Assembly (NCBI RefSeq): GCF_009914755.1
Contig: NC_060935.1
Length of the DNA stretch: 64,000 nucleotides
Origin: the human T2T-CHM13v2.0 reference genome, Homo sapiens
Direction: 5' to 3' (one strand)
The notes under the pieces were generated by a model that was not told the origin of the DNA, made no database searches, and saw only the letters and a program-made list of their open reading frames with translations. Every line of letters starts with the position of its first letter. Position 1 is the stretch's first letter. Below are positions 45,707-61,785 of the stretch, in pieces. The translations under genes were made by a program, and so were the position numbers.

Positions 45707-48700
45707 GGTTAAATAATTTTTGAAAATTTAATCTGAGATGATTACCAAATAGGGTTCCATATTAATTTGATTAACAAGGGGCAAGGAGCCTAGTCAGTAA
45801 ACCATTTGCAAGCCATGACATAATTAGGTAAAATATTAAATACAGTTAAACTCTCTCCAATTTGGTGACATCTGTAATCCATTCATTTTAATTGATTCAG
45901 CAGTTACTATATGCCAGACTGTCCGGAAGCAGAATTTAAGGAGATGAAATCTCCATCTTCGAGATACTCACAGTCCAATGGAGGGAGCAGGTGAGTCAAC
46001 AGACAGGAAAGAGCACGTGAAGCCTGGAGGAGAGCTGTTCTGTGTGTGGTCCACAGGAAAACAGAGGAGCATGTGCTTGACTCCAGCAATCATTGGTGGC
46101 TCTCTTAATACCACTTTCTATTTAATCATCATCTTTAACTGCTAATCAAAAAGTTCATTCCACAAGTATTTAAAGTTAATTTAAAGAAGTGTCAGACACT
46201 GTTCAAACACTGAGACTTAAGGACAAGTGATTTCTGTCTATTTCCTTGTTCCCTTGAAACTAACCTAACCTACATGATTGGCAGTTGGGCAGGGGGAAGA
46301 GGGAAGCTCCCTCAATTTTTTCATGCCCTCCCCTCTCACCTATCCTCCTGTGAGCATTCTGTGTCTTACTTTTTACTATTCTGTTCTCCTTTTTAGCTAG
46401 AGCTGTCTAGTTTGTTCTAGAAAGTAGTCATTTTGGGTTATGAGGCAAAGTACCTCCTGCGGAGATGAGAGATTTCTGGAAATATGATTACCATGGGATT
46501 AGTGGAGAGGTAAGCAGAATCTAGGTTGTAGGAATGATCTGTGGGCTCCTTAATGGCAGAAAAGAAGTTTTATTAATCTTTTTATTTCCAGAGTCTAGCA
46601 GAGTGTGAGGTAGAGGTCTGTGGCTCAGAAGAGGTTTTCTGGATGAATCAATTAATGACAGGCCAACCATTAACAGTAATGAGATCTGGATTCTAGACCT
46701 TGAAGTAGAAGAATGGAGGAAAACGTGATGGTCAATGGAAGAGTCACTTATGATACTTTTGTTCCTCTTCCTACAGAAATATAAAAATTAAAAACCTTTT
46801 AAAATCAGGTAGCCTATGATTGCAGGGGAAAGAGGAAACTCCCAGATCCACAATGACTCCTCCTTCTTTCTATTTCTGGCATAAAATTAGCTGCCTAAAG
46901 ACAAAGCCTTTTATTCCACAATTAAGGATACAACTAAAAATGCAAATCCCTGAAAGAGTAAGCATTATGCTAATGGGTCTCAAAATATAAATGAAGAATC
47001 AAAATCTATTCTGCTTTAAAGAAGGCACCAGTTTAGGAGGCAGGCTCTAAGTACTTGAAGCAATAAAAGGAACTCCCCTTTGCCTAACAAGTCCCATATA
47101 GCAGCCTCCTTCATACATTCAGTTTAACGTCATCCTAACAACAAGCCTGTGAACTAGGTACTATGTCCATTTTATAAATGTGACACTCAAGTTTTAGCAA
47201 ACAATAAGCTATGCACGACTATCATTATCCATAACGATAAGTTATGAATTCTGGATGAGAAGCCAGATCTACTTGGAGGAAATCAGTACAAAGTATAAAA
47301 CAGAAGTTATATAATCAATAGGAATTTAACCAGTGCCTTGACAAGTCTAGACTCTGTCCAGACTTCCTGCTTCATCCTGTTAAACTGTTTCAGGTACCTG
47401 ATCATGTTCCCCTCCCAGTTACCTTTGCCCCCACTAAGTTTTTAAGAGAGAAAAGTAATTCTGAATTCAAGAAGTTTCTATTTCCTATTCTGCTGCAACA
47501 TATCATAGTCAATATGTTTCTAAGTGAATAACTAATGATCTTGCTAAATAAGAATTATGAGGAAATGAATGTGTGCAATAAAAATACCACTGTCAGCTAG
47601 CCCTGTGCCAAGTACTGGGCAGGGGGGTGCACACAGCTAACTGTGGCATGTTCTCTGGGAAACAGCCAACATGTTGGGTCCAAGATTGGAGGGGAAGAAG
47701 ACAAAAATGTGACTTATAACACAGTCCACGGATTTTATGGCTTTGCCTTAAATGTTCTCAAGAAATCCATCGCCAAGTGAAGCTGGAAGCAGCTTGTACC
47801 ACTGGAGTGAAGAATCCTGCCATTCCACACTCTTCTTTATCATCCCCAGGATACTAACCAGCAGTTAAATGGGGCAGGAAGTAGAGTGAAAAGACATGTT
47901 TGCTACTATAGAGAAAAATAAATGACCAGAGTGTCTTACCTGCATGATGATGTAGCTTTTCCCTCCCACCAAAATCAATCAGGTGGGACCACCCTTCCCC
48001 CAGAACAAAAGCTCAAAGGCGAAGTGTCTAGGATGGAATGTGTTTTCTTGAGACTGCTCTTGACATAACTTCAAGCCTTAGTTCCCAGGAATAGAACGAC
48101 TAACTGTGTTGAGAATGAGGTTCACCCTGGGCCCTTCCCTTACTTCAAGTTGTCTCACTAAGAGGTTATGGGCTGTGCGTGCTTGTCTAAATCCATTATT
48201 AAATTAGGTCCCAATTTAAAGAGTTTGTCACACAGTTTAGCAAACAAATGAAACAGCCTGAAAGGCCTTGCAGCACCACATATTTTCTGGAAATCCCAGT
48301 AGCAGCAGGTAGAGCCTGCATCCTGAGGATGCAACCAGACTCGATGCACTTGGTGTCAGCCAAGCTGGTACTGGATTTCCATAGGATTGTTCAAATACCT
48401 TGGCTTATATTTTAATATTTTCTCTCACATTTGTGTAGGAAAGATAGTCTTGGAATTAATTCATTTAACAAACGTTTCCTAAGGAGAATTCTTTATGCCA
48501 AGCACTGTGGCATAATGCACTAGAGCTATGAAACATCAAGACATTACTGGGATTTGCAGGTCCAGTATTGAATAATACTGATTCATTTCAAAACATTTTA
48601 TCATAAATGCTTAACAAGGACCAGAGCAGTCACTATCTTAACAGGTGAGTTTCAAATATTAGTGGTCTTCTGGGCAAATTTCACTTCAGGGAGTCAATAG

Positions 48701-49643
48701 GCATGTTGTAAAAATCAAAATAGGATAATAATTGCAAGGCACATAACACATGGGGTATCAGGAAATGAATTACCATTTCTATGGTCTGCATACTATTTGG
48801 ATTGCCTATAGATCTAGACTGTGAGAAACTTGAGGAAAGGGGTTCTGTGGTCTTATTCATCACTGTGCCCTTAACATCTACTACAGACTGGTACATTGCA
48901 GGTAAGTACAAACACCATATTTATTGAATGAAAGAATCAAGGCATGAAGGAATCAATTTATGAATGCCTTAAGTTAAACGAGGGGCAAGAAGCTGACCTG
49001 AGTGCGTTTGTCATATTACATAGCCTTTGAGGCAAAAACTGTCTCAGGTAGTAGCAACTTTGAGTAACATATAGACTTAGAACTACTGTAAAAGAAATAA
49101 GACTTTGAAATTCAGAACGAAACTATGAGCAGAGGGCTGGAAAGGGGTGAAGAATGCCGAGGGGAAATAGAAGAAATCATGTGGTTAGGAAGACTGATAA
49201 CATATATGGAGACTTGGAATGGCCTACTGTATATGCAGTGAGTCTTTCTATCATGTGGCTTCTACTGAATTCCTTTCAGGTTCTGCCTCTGGGTAGAGCC
49301 TTGTTTGGATGAGAAATGCTGATGAGTTGACAGAGCTGAGCATTCTGGAGCCATGGAATGCTGGCCATCTCCTTCAGGCTTCATGGGGTCCAGAGGAGCA
49401 AAAATCTAAAAGTCATCAGAAAGTCTATCCTTCTTCCTTTGCTGAAGGCAAGCAATGGGATGAGAGAGGCTTATCTCACTGCTGAGAAAACAGCGTCTTA
49501 GTCACAACCAATTCTGTGGTCTCTCTGTCTGACAGGGAAAAGGTGGCTTCATAGTAAATGATGAATATTACCAACATTTATCAACGACTTCCCATGTGCC
49601 AGATATCTAAATTCACTATTTTATTTAATTCTCACAACCACTT

Positions 49644-50841
<1,198 letters not shown>

Positions 50842-53800
50842 TCACATGTTTTTCTACCTGGCAGAAGCTAGCAACTGTGTGCTTAAATGCTGCTCTACAA
50901 TGTCTCACAAATAGGATCTGAATGTCCATGCTCATGTTGTCTAGCTGTGGGATCGTGGGGGAATCATTTAACTTCTCCGAGTTTCAGTTTCTTCATCTAT
51001 AAAATGGAGGCAATATCCCCTGAATCATAGTGTTTTGGGGAGAATTCTATGGGATAATACATGTAAAACAATAGAATAATGGTTGACCCATAGAAAATGT
51101 CTGACAAATACTTCCCTCTATTTCTACCTCCTCATCTGCATCAGGGATAACTGCCTTCCAAGCTGGCTACAACACCAAGGGTCTAAGGATCCTCGATATG
51201 TTTAATATAAGGTAGTAAAGACACTCTCTTTTGTTTGTCTGTGTACCGTGTTATCTGCCTGGCATGTTCCCTCTTGTCTATTCCATCTGTAAGCCGTAAA
51301 TCATGACCCATTAGTGAGTTATTAAATCAAGTTAATGAGCTATGATCTCCATTTTTTAAAAAGGAGAGAAACAGAATGGAAAATAACAAAGTACACTGTA
51401 TACAAAAAGTGTTATTACTATTTAACAAAAATGTTCTTTCTGTTTTATGTGTATATGTATTTACTGGGTCAGGATAAATAATGTACTTCTTACTTTGCTT
51501 CTAAATATTTGAAAGGCTCTTGGTTACCTCATATCAGAGCTTCAAAAATTACTTAGATATCTTTCCATGGAAGCAATCAAGATTCCAGGCCTTTCTAGAG
51601 CTAACAGATCTTTTCATTTCACATTGCATTTAATTATCTTCCCTTCGTCTGTCTTCCCCAGCAGACATAAGTTTTTTGCAGACAGGAAACATGACTGTTA
51701 CTGCTGCGTCCTCAGTGTCCATTATAGGTCCTGGCACATAATATACACTCAAAAAATGTTTGATGAAGGTCTGAATAAATCACAGCAACTGTTTCTTAAA
51801 TCCACATTCAAAACTCAGAGGTTATTTGCTTGAACTCTGAAAATCGATACGTTTTATTAACAAGTGAACAGGGCTGAGTTTTTCTTTTACATTCTTTCCT
51901 GTGACCTTTTTCTCCTTCCCCTTGGTGGAATGATTTGCTTTTTTTCCTTGCCCTCCCCATTCTCCCAGCATCCTGGGTACTCTAGCTTTCCTTTTATCAA
52001 AACAAAGGATTGTTCTTTAGAAATCTGCACTTTTGTATAAATTTAACCCCCATATCTTTGGCTTCTCCTAGTAGCATTTATACAAAAGGTGCATCCCTGT
52101 TAGTAGCAGGAAAAGCCTTGTTCTTTCTTTATTATACCAGCTTTTATCAGCTAGTAGATAAGAAGGGAAAAGGATATTTTAGAGTAGGGAGATCTTCATG
52201 AGCTCATAAACTCACTCTTCCAAGGCAGTGAACGAGAGCCTCAAAATACACGCAATAAAATTCATATTCCAGTAGCTCAGGAGCCTAAATGCATCTATGT
52301 TTGAAGAATTGATAATGTACTTGTGCAGCATTTTGAAAAACATTTTATTCATATTTGTAACTTTATTTACTTTTAAATGAACTACATGTTTCACAATGCT
52401 TTACTGCTATATGTTTCACAATGCAGGAAATACACAATACAAGTAGCATATTAAATCAAACATACCCAAATCATTCCCACAGAACAAGAACAGTTAACAT
52501 TAGCAATAATCAGTTCCACTTGCACAGCACCACTAAAGTACTTCAAGCACTTCACACGAAAGATTAAAGGAAAAAAAGTATAACTAGATTAGAAAATAGA
52601 GAGGGTTGGCTCATATTTAAAATACTGCCTGGCTCAGAGAGTGCTGGTTACCACTCCCTTCAAAATTTCAGGTAAACAAATTGCTACTACCTGGGAAGAT
52701 CATTTCTAGTGGGGAAATGAAGGCAGCTTCTGCAAGACCCCAGGAAGGTACATTCTCTCTGACACCACCAGGACCAGGGCTAGAGTTGGGAGCATGCTTG
52801 TGAGCATGCGTGTGTGTGTGTGTAGGGTATGGGAGGTAAATCCAAGGGGAAGAATGGTTTTTTGGTGCAAGCAAATATTTTACTAAGTCAGCTAAATTGT
52901 TTCTCACAGAACAAAGAAGGTGCTTGCTTTCTGATTTAGGTTTTGGCTTCACAGAAAACTATAAATAATACCAAAGAAATCCCACATTCCTACAGCACAG
53001 TTTATCCTGTGCAAAAACCTCAAAGACATTTGTGTTAGAATTTCTCCTCTCCTTATTCCTTAATCAAAGAGTCCAGCACTGTGCTGACAGAAGCAGATTG
53101 GGAATCACAGCTAAAGTGTATTCAACAGCTGACACCACATAAACTAGGCCCTTAGGGAGGCAGAGTGATGTGGGGAGAAGTATGGGACTGGGGGTAGGAG
53201 AGCTGATTCTGCCACAGATAGCTGTGGGATCACAGGCAAGTCTCTGTCTCTGTTCTCCTCAGGTCTCAGTTTCCTCTTCTGTAAATTAAGCAGAGGGCCC
53301 AATGATAGCTAAGGTTCCTTCTAGCCCTAGAATTACATAAAGCTAAGTAAAGTGAGGAGAATAACACCATTTTCAGGATGTTATTCTCAGATTTGAGACA
53401 TGATCATCCTCTTATATTTATATAATCAGAGAAACCCTGCTAGTAATTTATTCTGAGAGAGCAAGTAGTTGACTTTCTAAAATAAACACAACTGACCGTG
53501 GTCCTATACAAGCACTCTAGACAAAGCAAGCATCTGTATGAAAATCCTGTAGCCAAAATTAGTATTCAAGAAGTACAAAGGTACAAACTTGTTGAATCCT
53601 TTTTGGTAAGAATTTCACTTAGGCCTTGCTTCTTGCTTTTTTTTTTTTTTTTTTTTTTTGGTCTGTTTTATCACTTTTCATGAGAATAAGGCCAGGGGGC
53701 TCTTGTAAGTTCTTTCTTTCTGATTTGCTGATATGACTATACGCATGGCCCATATTTCTTTTAATTTCATGTCTCTTAGAGTCATTTAGATGCTAAAGTC

Positions 53801-55682
53801 AGCCCTCTAGGTACAAAATAAGTAGTAATAATTGAACATTTGGAAACTAAATACCATATTTGTATATTACAGAGATTTCATTTGGGGACTTTCTTATGAA
53901 ATGTCAAGTATTTTTGAGTCTCATTAAAAAGAGGTTCCTCCTTTCAATACAATCTCCAACCATTACTTTGTTACTCTAAGTCTTTGTCTCTTCTGTACGT
54001 TATACTTTTATTTATGATTTTAGAGAATAAAGATCTGAATCTAATTACTACTCTTTCAAATAAGTGTATTAGTTTTATATAATATCATATCACTTCATTT
54101 AATTTTCTTAATCTTCCAAAACTTAATAGCTATTAGCAATATATTTCAGCAAATTTCTTCTAGTATCTGAACAATTTATGCATTCTATCTCTTAATAAGA
54201 CACTTGGTAATTTTCCCTCCGAGCTTTATTATATATATAACCATTTCAGTTACACTAACTGATTTAGTTCTATCCTATTAACCCAGCTGACTTTTTCCAA
54301 TTTGCTACCAGGGACTAAAACATTTCAAAATTTAAAAATACTTTGTAGCATGTAGACCAGCAATACAACACAAGAGAGAAGAAGAACCACAAATGGAGCT
54401 TGTTAACTTTCCATCATATTTGTAATGTCACTACAAGACATGTTTTAGGGTGGTTCTGAACAGTCACAGATTACAATTAAGGGTATCAAAATAATCTTTT
54501 GAAATGGAGTTGGCCAAATTCATAGGGTTAATAACTTGTTTTTCTTAATCTCAGGGCTTCCCTGGAATAAGAAGGGACTCTAGGCTTATCAGTTCAGTCG
54601 GGAAATTAAGCCCTATGAGAACCTGTGCCTTCCAGAATCCCACTCCCTTCTTAGCCCTGCTGTGAATACCAAATACATACAAAACTTAACTTTAGAGCCA
54701 AAGTGGAACCAACAGCAAAAGTTCAACTCAAGCATGTAAATTAGTATCTATAACATATACGTCATGCCTAAAATTTCAGGTAAGAAGGATATGACCTCAG
54801 GCTGGAGTCAGATTGAATTCAGGCCAGAGTGGGGAGTGGAGAATACAATAAGAATGGGCATGGTTCTTCCATATGGTACATAGATTCATGTTGCCCGTTA
54901 ATTAGGCATCACTTTCTTCCTTTTGCCTGTTAGTACTTATATATTTTTAAAAGTACAGTCAGCACTGATGAAGTTTGGAAGTAATACAGGAAGCTTGTCT
55001 TGGAAGAGGAGCATGTTATAGTCGAGTGTTGATGGATCTTACTCAAGAGGTAGCTACTAGGATGAAAGACTGGAAGGCATTTCACATTCAATCAATCATT
55101 TATCTTTTTCTGGTAAATTGATGAGTTTTGTCAGACAAGGAACAAGTAACTTCTATGGTCTGAGAAAAAAACTGGTAGCGAGATGACACAGAAGGAAGTC
55201 TTTCTGCCAAAACTTGTTAGAGAAAAGCACATAACTCTTTAGAAGAATGCCGTGGATTTTAAACTGATGCACTAAAGTTAATGCAATCAGTATCAGGCAG
55301 GTTAGGAGATAATACAGGAATATTTTCTTTTCACACTGATGGTAAGCAAATGTCCAAGGGTTTGGTCCACATATGCCATTTAAGATTTATTAGAAATGAA
55401 AATGTTTCTTCTCATTATTTTTATTGCAACCTATGCTGAGCATTTTATCCTGAATCATAACTTTGCCAAAGAATAACTTGATAAAAGCAGGCACCTTTAA
55501 CTAATTTAATCTAATAACATTTCAAACATTTATTCCAAATGCTTAAACACAAGGTCTTTCAGTAGTGTACTGATGAAAGTGGGTTAAGTGGGACACATGT
55601 TCTGTTGCTACATGGTGTTGCCTTTGTTTTCTCAAGTTGAATTGCTCACAAAGTGCAGATAGAGAAATACTCCTTTGCCTAC

Positions 55683-55797
55683 CTGACGTAGAGGGAGCGT
55701 TTCTGATTGGTTCGCAGGGATCCGGACCCGGAGCTCATGCTGTGGTTCATCATCTGCTCTCGTAGGTCATGGATTTTGGCCTCAAATCGAGCGTAAT
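55683..55797 (-). CDS. DLG2: Internal coding exon of DLG2 (PSD-93): end of PDZ3/linker to start of SH3
   Basis: Translates to (D)[37 protein letters not shown](R), which matches the DLG2 form of the DLG-family linker. On the minus strand the acceptor is TTTTCATTCCCAG|AT (AG at 55799-55798) and the donor is TCAG|GTAGGC (GT at 55682-55681). 115 nt, phase 1 in, phase 2 out. Confidence 0.96.
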
Positions 55798-56089
55798 CTG
55801 GGAATGAAAACAAAGGTAGCAAATTTTGCTCTGTGCCCTCAAGAGTTGGAAATGCTGCACAGCCCAGGCAGCCCCTCACCCACGTTGTTGGTTCCTTTGC
55901 CAAACAATGGGGAGATGTGCAACTCAAGGGTATGCCTGTTTCCTATTATTTATTCACAGACATTTATAAGAGGAAAATGATAAATCAGTTATTTCCCAAA
56001 ACGTACCTGGAAAACACACCACCATCAAATTCCCAACTTGTAAAAAGTCCATGGGGGCTGGGAGAGGGAGGATGGGGGATCATGGGAAG

Positions 56090-56213
56090 GCAGGGAGGTA
56101 GATGTGGTTATAAACAGGCAATGTAAAGTATCCTTGTGGTGATGGAAATGTTCTCTATCTTGCCTGCACGGTGGATATTGGCAACTGCACGTGTGATAAA
56201 ATTACACAGAACT

Positions 56214-56257
<44 letters not shown>

Positions 56258-56415
56258 CTGCGGAAAATCTGAATAATATCGATGAATTGTGTCAATGTGA
56301 ATATCCTAGTTGTGATAATATGCAATAGTTTTGCAAAATGTTACTATTGGGAGAAACTGAGTAAAATAGTTATTTCTTACAGCTGCATGTGAATCTATAA
56401 TTACCTCAAAAACAA
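56090..56415 (+). mobile_element. L1MC-type 3' end with (CA)n at 56217-56256
   Basis: TTGTGGTGATGGAAATGTTCT ... GCATGTGAATCTATAATTACCTCAAAA, followed by an A/C-rich tail. Confidence 0.75.
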
Positions 56416-57567
56416 AAAGCAAAAAGCAAAAAACAAAAAACAAAAAACAAAAAAAAACTCCATGGGAATCCCAACTCAATAGGGTATTGAGGAGAGACTC
56501 TAGTTACTCTCAGCCTGATAGACCTGACAATCAAGAGTTTGGTGATGAATTGTGTAAGAAATTTCATTTAATTTAACTAAATTTTGTTAGGGGGTGGGGG
56601 TCTGCTAGAAGTTGACCACTTGGGATCATACCTCAATTTTGTCCTATAGCTTTGCCCACATGCCAAATTTTAGAAATTTTCAAACATTAAAAGTTATGGG
56701 GATAAAAAAATCAAAGAAATCTGTATATTATAACATTGCTATTGTTTCACAGAAAAAAATATTTTTGGCATGTCAACCCAATAAAGATAAAGAAAGAATC
56801 GGTTCTAAGGTACTTATTAACACAATGAACATGTAAAAAGAAACGGCTTTTGATGTTTCAATATTTTTTATCACAACCTAGAAACTTCTATCATTTCCTT
56901 GGCAAAACAATGTCTTGCTTTAGAAAATTCAGCAGGCTTAACTTACCCACAAATAAACTTAAAAATGTTAATTGGAATTATAAATGGTTCTTTTAATTAC
57001 AAAGAAACTCACCATGAAGAATTTTAATAGAGTATATCAGTATATTTCAGAAAACAATTTGATTTTCAATTCAATTTATTCACAACTTTAATAAAACAAG
57101 GATGAATGTATACAATAAAAGATGATCTACTTACAGAGTGTTTCAAATTCTTTATAAGAAAAAGTTCTATAAAATGTAATTTCATTTCAACTTACTGGAT
57201 ATGTATTGATTAATGTAGGGATAGCTTTTCTAAAAGATTTGACCTTAGTTTTCAGCAATAAATAGATAACAGGAAAATAAACTCTGAATATTAAATATTT
57301 TTAAAGTTTAGTACACAACAGATAAAGCCATAATAGTTGGCTGGAAATTTCTGGTGCATAAGCAAAGTCTGGTATTATCCAGATTTGGAAGGCTTCCTGC
57401 TCATGCTTAGCTTTGAATAAATAAGTCCTAAATGATTAAATAAGTAGAACACATATTTAACAACATATTTAAGGTAAAAATCTATTGACTATAATTTAGG
57501 AAAATGTATTTCATTTTCTAGCAAGAGAAAACATTTATTTATAAACATCAATATGATACTGTATGCA

Positions 57568-57739
57568 GGCCAGGTGTGGTGACACACACATATAGTCCCA
57601 GCTATTTGGGAGACCGAGGCAGGAAAATCACTTGAGCCCAGGATTTCAAGGTTTTAGTGACTTATGATCTCACCACTGCACACCAGCTTGGGTGACAAAG
57701 TGAGACCCTGTCTTTATTTAAAATTAAGGAAAAATAAAG
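57568..57739 (+). mobile_element. Monomeric Alu (FRAM/FAM-like)
   Basis: Single right-arm-type monomer with A-rich tail. 17-bp TSD ATATGATACTGTATGCA / ATACGATACTGTATGCA. Confidence 0.85.
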
Positions 57740-60700
57740 ATACGATACTGTATGCAGATTTAAATCATTTTGAGCAAGTCGTATTTTCTTGCCACCTTGG
57801 AAGAGTCAATTAACATTTATTGCTGGCCACATGGCAGACAATATGCTCAATGCTTCATGGGCATTATCTCATTTCTGTTTTAAATTACAAAATGAAGTCT
57901 ATGGATGTTGAAAATTTTGAAAGATATAGAAAAACACAGGATAAAAATTGAGAGGCTCTCGTCTCTTCTGCCTTCCCTTACCTTCTCTCTCACTGCTCTC
58001 TTTCCCTACAGCTTACCCTAGTGGTACATGTATGGTTGTGTGCCGGATATGTATGTGTGTGTTTGTGGGTAGCTGTGTGTACATACACACATAACCATAC
58101 AAACAAGACCATAGCTATTTATTGTATTAAGACTTTTCCCCCCTTTTTAATAGTGTAATTTGGATATTTTCCTGCCTTCTACCAAATACATAAATATCAT
58201 GTTTCTTAATACTCTTAATAGTCTATTCCATAGTTTAGACTGTATTTAACAACTCCCTTATCATTAGATATTTAGGCTTGTCCAGCTTTTTGCTATCACA
58301 AACAGGGATCTTGGTGTATATGTGAATGTTGGCAGCAGGTTAGCAGAGCACCAGAAGTGGGACTACTGGTCAAACCTTTGCACAAAAATCATACAGCCTC
58401 TAATAGCATTTCCCAGAGAAGAAAAGGGCCTTGTCTGGAACACAGATCAAGAACTCTTAACTTTTTCTGATCCATGCTTTACATTGCCACTTGATAAATA
58501 CTACATGTCATCTCTAAGTACCACTAAATCTCCCATCTGGAGAGATGGGACACTCTCCTTTATACCTTTGATGACTTTACTACCCATGATAAAAGCAGGA
58601 GATCCCACCTTCCAGCTGCCCCTTCTTAAACATCTAACTCTGTGCAAGTCCCAACCCTCATTTAATCACTTTGCTACTTCATTGCATTCATCACACCAAC
58701 TTGCAGTTATTTGTACAGTTGTTCATCTTCCATTAGACTGAGCCCTCTGAGGGCAGGAAATATTTTTCATTCTTCTTGGAACTTCCTTTTCCTAACATAG
58801 TGTCTGAGATGCTCAATAAACTTTTTTTTGAGTGAATAAAAAATAAATGAGGGAGTAGAATACCTAGATGAATTCAGTTATAAAATGGCTCCAGGTACTG
58901 AAATTGTCCATTTTCATTTTTATGTTTTTGCAATAAGAAAGATGAACATGCATCTCCCCTAGTGCTACTTTTTTCAAAACTAAATATTCTAATTCCAAGG
59001 CTTTATTTCCGTCAAATAACTACCACTTCCAAATTCTTCTGTTATTTTTATTGTTCTCCAGGATCTCTCCATCTCAATCATGTCATACATTGGAAACAAT
59101 TCTCTGACACTTCATCTATATACAATCAACACTTTGTTAGGCTCTTGTAGCTGCCTCATTTTTTGTAACACAATAGAATACTTGCCTTAATAATAAATTA
59201 TATTTGCCTTACAGTATGGCTTATTAGATACCCAAAATGTTTTCTGCCATGCTTTCGAAATGTTTTGACTGCATGACATTCTATGGTGTTAAAATTCCCC
59301 AAAATGAATGATTTATACTGCATTTGCCTTAATTGGAATCTATCCTGTTTTCATCTTTCCTACTTTGACAGTCATCTCAATGTAAATCCTGTGTCAGAGG
59401 TGCTTATCTGTCTCTTTGCTACTTTTCTTTGAAAACTAAACATAAACACAAGAAATTTCACATAGTAAAACTAGTAAGATCTGGGTTTATAAATATAAAT
59501 GGTGCATCTGTGGCGGCAGAGCTCTGTCTCCAACTTCTTGGAGATAAACAAGTTCATAGTTAGAAATGCTCTAGAAGTAAACAGGAAACCTGCTACACAA
59601 ATTGTGAAATATAAGTATGTTTTATAGAAGTCCTGAAATTGTATTTTTCAACAAGTTAAAACAGAAAAACCTAACACTACCATATCCATTAAATATTAAT
59701 TCTCTCTTCCTCAAATGTTTTACTCATATCTATGCCTGTCCCTTTGGAACATTTTTCAGTCAAATTCATAACATTGTCTTGATTCCAAGCCTCAGGACAA
59801 CATTTGAATGAAATTTTCAAATGCTTCAATTTTTATATCATCCAATGTGGAATTCACATTTACTGAGCACCTGCAATGAGCTAGGATCTGTACTACATAC
59901 TTTTAAAAATACATTATTTTTCCTAAGAAAGTTCTGAGGTAGGTATATTATTTTACAGATGAGGAAACAGAGGTTCAGAGAGGTTAACTGACTTCACAAA
60001 AGTCATAGAGCTACTAGGTAACAGAGCTCATTGAACATGGAGCTAGGATTCAACCCTGGAAGCCATTTTGTTTCCATGACATCATGACATTGGTTATAAC
60101 ACCACAATTGTTTAGAATATAAGGCTTGTTTAGAATGCAAGGCTTCCTCAATTCTCCACCCTTCCCCTCTTGACATCTTGCTCTTCTTCCCTTCATCTAT
60201 TGTGTTAGTCAGGTGCATGCTGGTCTTCCCTCTATCAAACTGTAAGCTACTTGGAGACTTGGGATGCCTCACTCATCTCTATTCCCAAACCTCAGGGTCT
60301 ATCATTCTACCTTCTGTATAGACAGGACTTTCATAGTTTTGAACAAGTCAGAACCTGAAAGAATTTGCTTCCAGAACAGGACATTGACAGGAAAATTAAG
60401 CATGATCATGCCGAGGTATAAAACAATATTAAAATTGCAGCATTTTCTTCTGTCTTGCTTTGCATGAAATAGATGTTTGGTAAATGCTTTTTAAATTACA
60501 AGTTGTTTTATGTTTTGGGGGGATTTTCTTCTGTAACAAGAAGCAAACCACTGAAACCCAACTCCTAAGCAAACGTTTTAGAGGAGCTTCATGAAACATT
60601 ACCCCCAGCTAGTTCTTTCTCCACCTCTATATATGATAACCCATTTTCTCCTCCACATTTTTGAGTATGTAAAGCCAGTTGTTCCTGACTAGGTGCATTT

Positions 60701-61785
60701 AATTTGGGGTTCTGGCATTTGTATTCACTTGAACAAGATGGATGATAATAGTAAAAAGTGTACAAGATTTGGGTTATGTAGATGGAGTCAAAATCCTGGT
60801 TGTGCCACTAAATAGCTATACATTACTGTGAAAGTTATTAACCTTTCTGTGCTTAATTTTCTCAAGTAAAATAGGAATAAGAATTGGACCTACCTCAAGA
60901 TCTGTTGAGAAGATTATGAGAGAGCTGATGGATCTAAAAGATTGGCGCTTGGTAATGACTGTCAATTCTTTCTATTACTTCTGTGTGTAATTCATCACCT
61001 ATTCTTGTTCATCACTTGCGAAAATTGTAACCCTTTTCTGTACTGAGTAAAATGGAAACCTGTGTCTGCTCCTAGAGCCCCCTGTTACGGCCTCCCTCTA
61101 CTTGTTATGAATTGATGTCTTCACCAGGTCAAATAGGAATGAGCCACAGATGGCCATACTTTGGGACACTTGCCATCAGGTGGAACTTCTCATCTGCTAG
61201 GCAACCACTCAGGGTACTCTCATAAGTTCATAGTGACTTGGAGTCCAGGAGAATAATGTCCAATTCCAAAGCTGCTGCTATTTTCAGGAATATCAGTGAT
61301 TTCATTCATCAGTATTATCTCAAGGCCTTGAGCTACTGATGGACACTTGGATGGAGCAAGGTCATAGGTGTGAACACCACAAACTACACAGTGAGGGGGG
61401 CTCTGCCATACACTTGTTTGCAATTTGTTAAGGGTAAGTAAGGCGACTCAGAATGCAAATCTACCATTCACACAGAAAAGGAGGCATTGCCTCCTGTGAG
61501 AAGGCTGGCATTGTTTAATGCAGTAGGATTAATCTGCATTGATTAAAACTGCCCAGCTGCTCATGTCTTCGAGACTCAGGTGGCTTACTTTGGTTCTGAG
61601 ATAAGAAAACAATACACTCAGTGGGTTAGGCAATAGCATGAGGCCATGGCCTGCCCTCCCCCTTTCCCAAGTGAGATGGTGGGCAGCATGCCCCTCGATC
61701 AGTCACGACCTCATCCAGGGGTCTCATGATTGCCAGATAAGAGGAAGCCATAAACGGAGGGAACAGGGTTAGAAACTCTATGTTA

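Noticed and set aside
47940-48027. Possible 88-nt poison exon (consensus donor CAG|GTAAGA, acceptor CATTCCATCCTAG)
   Set aside because: The acceptor is weak and such pseudo-exons are expected by chance in 55 kb. It cannot be supported without junction reads.
55798-55927. N-terminal part of the 82-aa ORF (MSCTSPHC...) as an alternative DLG2 start
   Set aside because: It is read-through across the acceptor, starts at a non-ATG codon and shows no promoter features. Only 55683-55797 matches DLG2.
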